NCBI RefSeq assembly: GCF_009914755.1
Contig: NC_060942.1
Strand: one strand, 5' to 3'
Source: the human T2T-CHM13v2.0 reference genome, Homo sapiens
DNA length: 64,000 nucleotides
Shown here: positions 54,838 to 64,000 of the stretch, one piece after another
How the letters are laid out: each line of letters starts with the position of its first letter
How positions within the stretch are numbered: position 1 is the stretch's first letter
Position numbers and translations under genes: made by a program
Notes under the pieces: generated by a model
The model's database searches: none
The model's input: the letters and a program-made list of their open reading frames with translations, nothing else
Told to the model about the DNA's origin: nothing

Positions 54838-56899
54838 TTAATTTCACCAACTGAAATCTTTACCTTGGTTTTTATTTTTCACTGCACATGCCTCATTTTT
54901 TCATCCATTTAACCTGCCAATTATTGTTTTGTTTACTACAAACTAGATTTGATATTTGGCTTTATTTTGTTTTTTACTTTGCAGCCTTTTCAAATCGGCA
55001 TATCTTAAAGATATTTTTCTTTCTTGATTAAAAATGCGTGTGTGTTTAATTATTTCAGCATAACCAAATGAAACTAAGCCATACTATTTTTCAGCCAATT
55101 AAGAAAATTGCAGTTTTAAAATACAACATTTTGGGGTGATGAATACATGTGAAATGACTTATTATACTCTACTGAAAATCTGCTGTAAGACATTCACTGG
55201 AAATTTTAGCTTTATCTGAAAAGCAAGAGGGAAGACAAATTGACTGATAATAAATTTAATAATGGGGAATGAGGGCGGGTTTGTCTTAAAGCAAAAAATG
55301 TCTGGTTATACCATCATGTGAAAATATAGTAAAAGCTAAATCAGAGGTGTAGAGTCATTGTGGAACACCTGAGGGGAAGTTAACTTTATTTCCCTGAAAA
55401 TAATGTTTGAAAAGAAATAATAAAATGTATTAAAAATTTGACAATATTTAGTTAATTTCAATGGATTTATTCATAAGATGGAGAAAAGGCTGATGATGTA
55501 AAATGTTACATGGGTGACATATAGAAAGAGTAAACTTATAACTTAATTTTCTTTGTTAATATAACAGTGAGATCATATCCTTTAAAAAGGGAGTATGGGG
55601 TGGACCAGAAGTCCCTTGCCCTGGCTGCGCTATAATAGTGAAAAATCCAAGTATATGTTGAATATTTTGTAAAATATGTTTGCCCAGTGGAAATGAAAAT
55701 TAGAAAAGATGGTAAATAGATCAATCCAAATAAATTCTCTGTATCAGTGAATGATACAGTTAAGCAAGCCAGCAAACAAACAAACAAAAAAAACACATGT
55801 AGAAGAAACCCAGATGAACTCAGATTTCATGTGTTGATGGAAGAACCAAGAGAATGAAAGGGAGTGGAAGGGTAAAGATGGGGAGAGAAACTAGGGTGTC
55901 CCCTGAGGCTCCTTCCTCTGAGCACAGAGAGATGGAGATGGTAGACACACACTGGGAATTCCGGAGAGGAGAGAATTCAGGGACTTCTGTTAATAACCTT
56001 GGTCTTGGGCATGTTGGAGGAGGCAAGGTCACTCATTGTCTTACTGAGCTGAAAGGAGAACTTACACTGGAGTTTTGAGCTGGGAAAAGGTTTGTGTGAG
56101 TGCAATGAGTGTGGCCAGAGCCAATGAGAAGCAATGTGAATATGGTTCAGGTGTTTCTCAAAAAGTGACGGAGAAGAAGGGAGGACACAGGGTCGTTGAT
56201 CTGGATGGAGGAGTGAGCATTGGACTTGTTTTGACCTTTAAAAAGTGCAGGGCTTAAGTGGTGGGGGCTGTCTGGAACCCTTTCCCTCCCGTACACTCAG
56301 CACGTTGTTTGCTTCTGACACCTCCCATTGTACACACTTGGGAGGCTGGCTACACTCACAAGGAGCGGCACATCCATCAGCAAATCGGGCTCTGACATTA
56401 TTTCAGCTTCCTGCCTTTCTCCCCCAATCCACTTCATCCTGTTAAAAGCACCTTCTTGAGACACAGTTGACATAATTTTGGCTTTAATATTCTCTCTTGT
56501 GAATTTACTCTGTAATCTTGGAAGCAAAACATAGAAGGAAAGAAGAAAGAAAAAGAAATCTCCAAACCCATACTCCTTATCAAAAAATTTCGGGGTTATT
56601 ACCACACAAGCTTGCGGCAGTTTCTGTTATCTAGCGGAGGATGGGGAGTTCCAGGGAGACAGGGGAAGGGGAGGGAGAGCTAAGAGATAAGGTGGTTTGT
56701 CTAACCCCCAATTTCCTTTTCCTGATGACTTCTAAGTAGTCATTTTCTCACAAAGTCACTGTGTCCCGAGGCTACTTTTACACATCTTGTCCTCATCACT
56801 CTTCCCTGTAGCACTTTCCCTTAACTGAGGAAAGTTCTTTGGGCTCCAGGCTACAACTTCCACCTCAATTAATGGAGTAACTATTTTGTTTGGTCCGTG

Positions 56900-57650
56900 G
56901 TTTGATTACATTTATTGGGAGGTGACTATGAGCAGGCACTGAGCCAAGTGCTGTGAGCAATACAGAGATGAACAAGAAGTCACAATGAGCTGAGAGAGGC
57001 ACAGTCTGGCAGAATGTGGCAGGCGGGGCAGGGGAGGGACCACAGCTTTGTGCAATGGCGAAGAGACTGCTTCCAATTGGGAGGGCATGGAGATGTTTCA
57101 TGATGAGAGCGACTTTACCTATTTATTTTTAAAATTTTATTTGTATTTTTAATTTTTGTAGGTACATAGTAGTTGTATATATTTATGGAGCACATTAGAT
57201 GTTTTGATATGGGCATGCAGTGTGAAATACGCACATCGTGGAGAATGGAATATCCATCTTCTCAAGCATCCATCCTTTGAGTTACAAACAACGCAATTAG
57301 ACTTTTTATTTTAAATTGTTCAATTAAGTTATTATTGATGACAGTTACCCTGTTGTGCTTTCAAATAGTAGGTCTTATTTATTCTTTCTAACTACTATTT
57401 TGTACCCATGAGAGCGACTTTAGTACTGGGTTTGCCAGATGTAAGGAATAAGGTTGTTTTGGCCGGATGTTAGGGAGAAAGAGGCACAGCCTTCGTGGTG
57501 GAGGAAATGAGGTGAGCAGAGACACAGAGGCAGGAGAGGGCAGGAGGCCAGGGATGGTCTGGGTTGGAGTAAATACTGGGTGAGGAGGGAAGTGGTAAGC
57601 CAGCCTTGCTTACTTTGCTTGGGAGTTTGGATTTTCTTCTATGAGCACTT
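56900..57650 (-). mobile_element. L2 3' fragment (split by L1MA)
   Basis: acatttattgggaggtgactatgagcaggcactg...atacagagatgaacaaga...ggagtttggattttctt. Confidence 0.65.
57118..57407 (-). mobile_element. Short L1MA (approx. MA1-3) 3' insertion
   Basis: tttttgtaggtacatagtag...ctcaagcat...ttacaaacaa; perfect 15-bp TSD ATGAGAGCGACTTTA. Confidence 0.85.
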
Positions 57651-58384
57651 CAAAGTCTTCATTGCCTGTACTTCATTGCAAAGGCTTTCTTGTTTATCTG
57701 CCTATTTGTAGTTAAATCTGTGTCTCTCAGTTTCATCTGTTAAGAGGGAAAACCTGGAGTTCCTTTGGCTGCTGAGATGCCCTTTTTGAATCCCTTGCTT
57801 TCTGCTAACCCTTTTTATCTAGGTCCCACTGTTTTGCTTGGCTTTTCTTGATTGCCTTCTGGTGCTATCTACACACAGCAGTTTCATTTGCTTTGATGCT
57901 TTTGAGAGTTCAGGACCACAGTTTTGCCAATTTTAACTTTCAATACATTTTCTCACCTTTTTCATGACTGTCTTTGAAAAGAAAAAAACATATACATGCA
58001 ATTAGCAATAGATGGCATCCTGAATATTGTTTATTGCATCATAGCTAAGATGAAAACATTAAGGAACACAGCAACATCTCATTCCCTGAGAAGAGTTTGG
58101 TCCTAAAACCACTCAAAACAAAAACTGACAGATGAGAAAATGAAAGGAAGATCTTTATCTATGTTATTTTTGCTTAGCAAGCTCAATAATGACAAGTTTA
58201 GAGGGTTCCAGTATGACACTTAGCAGGTGCTCAGTTAAATACTGATTGTTAGTTCTGCTCCCAGTGAGGAATTCCTGGTAAGGTGGGAGACACTAGGAGA
58301 TTTTTATCTCATGCTTGGTTCAAGGTAGTTTTCATTTTTCATTTCGTCCCAAGATTCCATGGTGCTGTATTGTATTATTTTTAA

Positions 58385-58580
58385 TTTAAAAAGAGCAAGC
58401 AATCTAAATGTTTAATCAAAGGGAACAGTTTGGTAAATATGGCATATCTACTTGTGGGATGCCCATGACATTATTATAAATAATTACTAAGATCATTATG
58501 AAAAAATATTGTAATGGTAATGGGAGGAAAGCAGAATGTAAAATTACATATCAACTGATATTCTAAACACTTTAACAATT
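58385..58580 (+). mobile_element. L1ME 3' fragment
   Basis: aagcaatctaaatgtttaatc...aaagcagaatgtaaaatt. Confidence 0.45.
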
Positions 58581-59910
58581 GTGTGCCTGTTGCACAAATT
58601 CTCAGAGATGGAGTACAGAGATTTGAGCCAATGACTGGTGAAAGGCAGGCCTCCCTGCCCTCAAGAGGGGCTGATCAAATGCAAGACTGCAACCTGCCAG
58701 TGCTTACAGCCTCAATATGAAGCCATGAGCCACACATGTTTCTGAATATAAGTTAATTTTTCAAAAGAAAGAGATCCACTTCAGGTAAATAGTGTTGTTT
58801 ACCTGCTATCCAAATATCAAAAAGCAAAAACAAAAACAAAAAACACAAAAAAAACAAATTTGCTTCTTAGCCACTGCCTTCTCCTCCATTTTCTTGTCTC
58901 TTCTAATCAAATGCTTTCCTTGGGTCGTTTCCTCTAAATTTGATACACAGATGCTTTCACCATCAAATTAGTATTGTTTGTGCACCTCTAAGAAAATTCA
59001 AACTCTGATTAGGTGCACTACTGCCTAATTATATCTGTCTGTGCCTGGTTGTATAAACGTGTCCACATTAGGACTTGTGGCTGCCTCTTTCTCAGAGTGT
59101 CTGGGAATGGAATCAGAAGAACTATTGCTGGGCTCTCACAGATGCAGAGTCTGGAAGATAGCTCAGGTAAATGAGCAGGTGATGGCGTATGGGGGTGGAG
59201 GGCCCTTGGCATATTATGCGATGATCCAGAAATGAAATACGGCTGGTTAAAAAAAGGAAAGAACAGGCTGCCAGTTTCTGAAGTTTTGAGAACCCTGCTC
59301 TTAAATGGGCACAGGGGTTATTAGTAGAGGTTTTTAAGAGTAAAACTAGAAGTTTCATTGGAAAAAAGGAAGTCATTTTAGCTTTCCTTTTCTCTGGTGC
59401 TTAATCTTGCTTTGTTCTCTCTTCTCTCTCCCCTCCTGCCCTTTCCTGCCATCATACTTAGGGGCTGTGATTTCTCGATGATACCTCTCATTGGGCTCTT
59501 GAAAGTGCAGTGCAGATATACGGTTTGCCCAGCCTACCTCCTCTATTGTAATAGCACAGTTTAGAACAAGTAAGAAAAAGTAAAAACCAACAGCCACCTC
59601 AAATCTCCTTCATTTCTGCTTCTGCAGTAGTGGAGTTGAGACATCATCTATTGGAGATGGAGATGTCCAGCCTGAGAAATTATTAAAAATCTGCTTAAAT
59701 TAGCTAATCTTTTTCCTTCCTGCTCTCCCCTTCATGTACACCTCTCTGCTGACATCTGACTGGTGTGCCTCAATGTATGTGCACCAGCAGACATGCCTTG
59801 GAATTATTGATCATCTGTCGTGGGGGTCTCTGAGCAGAAGTATGTAGTTGAGGGTTGGCTAACTCCTTGTCTTCCTTTCTTCCTGATACCTCACCTCCTA
59901 ATTTGGGAGC

Positions 59911-60338
59911 CATGTTAGTCTGTTTTTGCATTGCTATAAAGAAATACTTAAGACTGAGTAATTTATAAAGAAAAGAGGTTTAATCGGCTCATGGTTCTGC
60001 AGGCTGTACAGGAAGCATGATGCCGGCCTCTGTTTGGCTTCTGAGGAGGTCTCAGGTAAGTTACAATCATGGCAGAAGGCAAAGTGGGAGCAGGCACATC
60101 ACATGGCCAGAGCAGGAGCAAGAGAGAGAGAGAGAGGGGAGGTGCCATGCACTTTAAAATGACTGGATCTTATGAGAACTTACACACTATCACGATGACA
60201 GCACCAAGAAGATAGTGTTAATGATTCGTGAGAAATCTCCCCCATGATCCAATTCCCTCCCACCTGGCCCCACCTCCAACACTGGGGATTACATTTCAGC
60301 ATGAGATTTGGGCAAGGACACAGATCCAAACTATGTCA
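59911..60338 (-). mobile_element. MSTB-like solo LTR
   Basis: ttgcattgctataaagaaatac...ggacacagatccaaactatgtca; perfect TSD GGAGC. Confidence 0.9.
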
Positions 60339-60364
60339 GGAGCGCAGGGTACCACACAAAATGC

Positions 60365-60530
60365 CAGAACTGAATGGAGGCCACAGATTCTCTGGTTTAC
60401 CCTGCACCTTCTAGATGAACAAACAGATGCCCAAGAGCATTGCTCAAGATCACATATGTGTAAGTGGCAGCTAGGGGACAAGATCTCAGATTACTTCTAT
60501 CTCAATCTGATGGCCTTTTCATGATGTAAT
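60365..60530 (-). mobile_element. MIR fragment
   Basis: ctagatgaacaaacagatgcccaagag...ttgctcaagatcaca...aagtggcag. Confidence 0.55.
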
Positions 60531-60589
60531 TGTGTTTACTTGAGTTACTTTCTTTTCTAGATGCTATGCAGGCAAAGCCTAGGTTTCCC

Positions 60590-60885
60590 TCATAACTTTG
60601 TCCAAATGCCATCTTTTTCAGGAAGTTTTTATAGATGGACCCAGACACAAGAGAATTTTGCAATCACCCTTAGCACTTTTTAAAACTGTGCAAAGCTTTT
60701 GTAGTCTACAGTATTGCCATCAATTAGGGTTAATTACGTACATGTTTTACCCTCTCTAATGGACTATGAGAGCTGCTTGAAGGCAGCAATTTTGCCTTTT
60801 TAATTTTTGTTAGTCTCATAATGCCTGGCACAGTGCTTGGCATCAGTGGATACTCAATAAGGTATGCTGAACAAATGAATGAGAG
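60590..60885 (+). mobile_element. L2 3' end
   Basis: gcctggcacagtgcttggca...tactcaataa...aatgaatga. Confidence 0.75.
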
Positions 60886-61744
60886 AGTGGATGAAAGAAC
60901 AATGAACCCATTGGAATGATGCCTTTGTTCCTTCCTGGAGTGGGGCTGCTGTGAATCAAAATGTGATGAATCTCTGGGGATTAGGAGCTTTGTGAGTTAT
61001 GGGGAAGTCTTTTTGCCTCTCTTGGCTGAATGAGCAGTGATAACATTAAAACTGCATCCTTGGAGGAGCTAGCAGTGATTTAGGGAGTACATTCATATGG
61101 GTTCTTCATAAATAAATCAACTAAATTGCTGCCACTAGCCAGTCAGGCAGGACTGCCCCTAAACAGAACAGGTTTCTGGTGTTTACCTGGCCAGGATGCT
61201 GACTGCTACTGAAAATAGCTCAGCATTAGTGTCTGCTGCACAGCTTAAAGGTTCTTGCTGTCTCAGTTGCCTCTTTGGGGACTTTTCCCACCTAATTAGG
61301 AGAGGGTAGAAGTAGCTCATCATTTAGTCACTGTGGTTATAGCAACTGGGATGGTTGCTCCAACTTCGGGCATTCCCTAGAAGGTGGCTATATTTTTTTT
61401 TTTTTTGCCTGGATGTCTTCACTTGCTCAGTTTCCTTATGGGGGACTCAGGGGTTACAGAGCTCAAAAACCATGTCTCAAAAAAGGACTGCGGGAAACTC
61501 TGTTGATAAGAAAAAACTCTCTTTGAATTCTGGTATATCTCAAAGAATAATTGGGTTTTGGAAATGATAAAGTAACTCCATGCCTCCTCCTCCCCATTAA
61601 AATGTTGTTGCTTCATTATCTGAATCCCAAAGGCTAGGACCTCTGGATTTCCAAGATAGCAGTTCACTGAGTTGAAATGCTGATGTATATTTCTCAGCTA
61701 ATAAGATGACTAGTGAAGATTCTCCAAGTTTCTTCCTTCCCTCA

Positions 61745-62060
61745 CAAGTCATTCAACAACAAATATTTGTTGAGTACCTAATGTGTGTCAGGAACTATGA
61801 CAGACCCTGGGGATAAAAATACCAAATAGTCTTCACTTTCAAGGATTTTATAATCTGAAAGGGGTGGCAGATCTACACAACGACAAGAGTATAACGAGAC
61901 CTGCCTTGTAATAGGTACTGGGAAAGGGCTCTGGGGATAGAGATGGGAGAGAAACATGTTGGCTTGGGAAAGGTTAAAGTGGGCTGTAAGGAATAACTAG
62001 GGTTTCACCAAAGAGGGAGGAGGGTTATTCCAGACAGAGGCAGCAGTGTGAAGAAAGGGT
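61745..62060 (-). mobile_element. L2 3' fragment
   Basis: cattcaacaacaaatatttgttgagtacctaatgtgtgtcagg...attccagacagaggcagcag. Confidence 0.7.
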
Positions 62061-62394
62061 GTGAGAGGGAGTTTAGGGCATCAGGACTGGTTATTCGGGT
62101 GTCCATTCACCCACAGATAATGACTTAGTCCACATAGCACGATCTGAGTTGACCACTGTGGCACCTATGTGCATACAAAGCTGCCTCAGGACAGGTCTCT
62201 GTCCTGCAGGAGTTTAAAGTTCAAATGGAGGGTGGAATTCATGGCGAGAGAGTTGGAAAATGAAGCTGAGAAGTTGGGCTGATTCCACCTTGTGAGATGT
62301 TCTGGCGCTGGATAAAGAGCTTGAACTTTGGCCAGCAATGCCTCTGCTTACAGCGTCTAAACCACAGACCAGTCCATTGATGAAGGACATATAA

Positions 62395-62605
62395 GGGCGG
62401 TTCCTAGTTTTTGCTTTAACAAACACTATTGCAACGAATAACTGTACATTCATGCATGCATGGGAGAGCATACCTGTAGGATCAACTCCTTAAATGGAAT
62501 CACTGAATCAAAGGGTATGCATTTGTAATTTTGGTAAATATTGTCAAATTCCCTTCCTTAGAGGTCATGTCCATGATCACTCCTAGCAGCAGAATATGAG
62601 ATGAG
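62395..62605 (-). mobile_element. L1ME fragment
   Basis: aaatggaatcactgaatcaaagggtatgcatttg...cactcctagcagcagaatatgaga. Confidence 0.65.
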
Positions 62606-62622
62606 CTACCTTTCTGACTCTT

Positions 62623-62660
62623 CGCGTGCGTGCGTGCGCGTGCACACACACACACACACA
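62623..62660. repeat. (CG/TG)-(CA)n alternating purine-pyrimidine tract
   Basis: cgcgtgcgtgcgtgcgcgtgcacacacacacacacaca. Confidence 0.9.
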
Positions 62661-63424
62661 GTGTAACAAGGACAGTTTTTCATTCTACTTCACACCAGTT
62701 GTCACCCTTCCTTGATGGGGCACAGATGGCCAAGCTTTAGCTCTCCCTAAGGTACAAAGACACAAGTTTGAGATGGATGAAGTCTTGTCCTGGACGGGTC
62801 CATGAATATCCCTTATGTTCTACCTAAGTTTAGATTTCTGTCCCATGGGGACCCACAGTGAAGCACTGTGAGAAGTAGTCGGCCTCCAGGCTGTCAGATT
62901 CAAAGATTGGGAGTGCCCCCATACTAAATGGAACTCTTAATTACTCAGAGAGAATGCGTCATTAATGAATGGTTTTACACTTTACCTGCCTTTTTTTTTT
63001 TTTCTCATAATTTTGGCTTGTGTCCCTTTCTGGGGAAATAATTGCTCTAAGTCTTATTTGTTCTAAAATTTTAATCTTAGAATGTATTGGTCTCTTTAAT
63101 CAGTCTACCACATAAATAATTCTTTATAAATATTTGTTATTTTTGTGAGCTAATAAAAAAACTAATGGCATATGATTATTTGGACACGTTGTAAGAACTT
63201 CAAATATAAATCTATGTTTTGCAGGCCAGCACACACTGCTAAGTGGAAGAAGAAGGCAGAAAGTTTTGATTTACAGGCACAAATCCCATGCATATGAAAT
63301 AAAAGACAACTGAAGTTTTGCTCAGCCATCTCAACCATCAGCTCCATTCATCTTCTAACTATGTGATGATATACACTAAACACAGATGGCCAATATTAAG
63401 TATGAAACTACCTGACAAAGGAAG

Positions 63425-64000
63425 CTGATTCTAATTCAGAACACCATAATTCTGAATGTTGAAATCCAAAAAGATAAAAATCCTTAAAATTTAATTCTGG
63501 AAAAAAAATCTTTAAAAGATTTATTTACATTTAGAAAAGGGGGTTTATTTAAGAAACATAAAAACATGACAGGATATTTCACAGCCCACTTTACACAATT
63601 AATGAGGTGACACTATACATATTTTTGCAAGCATAAACACTCAAGTGTATTAATGGCAGTTGCATGGGCATAATAGTTATAAGTAGATGAACTATATTAA
63701 AAAAGAAATAGGTCAAAAGGGAAATGTAGGCATGCATATGACTATGGTTGGAATTGTGTGTACCCAGATTTATAACTGTGGTCATCTGAAATACCATGAC
63801 AAACAACCTAAATTTTTTGACAAGATCGGTCAAAAACCTTGATGGGTTACCACAGAACATGCAGTCACCTAAAGAGCTGAAATCTTGTGAAATTTTATCT
63901 TTCACAAATGCAGATGTACAAAAAGGACATCTCTTAATTTATTGAGAAAGTTTCAGTGTTTTAAATTATGCGTAGTGCACAGTGCTTACACACAAAGTCA
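63425..64000. mobile_element. Ricksha-like MULE-MuDR DNA transposon end (runs off window)
   Basis: caccataattctgaatgttgaaatccaaaagataaaaatcc resembles the recalled Ricksha subterminal repeats (cgccataatcccgaatgttgaaatcccgaaagatcaaaatccc). Confidence 0.65.

Noticed and set aside
62721-63393. 13-mer cacagatggccaa repeated ~660 bp apart
   Set aside because: Too short, and no element between the copies for it to be a TSD of.

Overview
Catarrhine primate (human/ape/Old World monkey-type) nuclear DNA. It is repeat-dense and looks intergenic or intronic; I see no intact protein-coding gene, structural RNA gene or CRISPR array. Most of the window is interspersed repeats: about 20 Alus or Alu monomers, L1 fragments (a ~2 kb L1PA 3' end plus older L1M/MA/MB/MC/ME pieces), L2, MIR, many solo LTRs (MaLR, ERVL, ERV1) and DNA-transposon fossils, including a decayed hAT-Tip100 (Zaphod-like) transposase and a Ricksha-like end. 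The only gene-derived feature is a decayed processed pseudogene of the long isoform of the RhoGEF NET1 (~52141-55474, + strand). It is inserted into an L2 and lies ~420 bp downstream of a sense MLT2B LTR with a DUX-type motif. The most unusual directly visible structure is a cluster inside one L1MC fossil: a 60-bp inverted copy of sequence from ~6.3 kb away, a 37-bp-arm hairpin and a second palindrome. Also notable are two distant AluY-type copies sharing a non-consensus variant and an LTR9-family LTR with a SOX-OCT-like site. I cannot support a new biological system. Repeat family names come from my recall of consensus sequences, not from a search, so subfamily calls and some boundaries are approximate.
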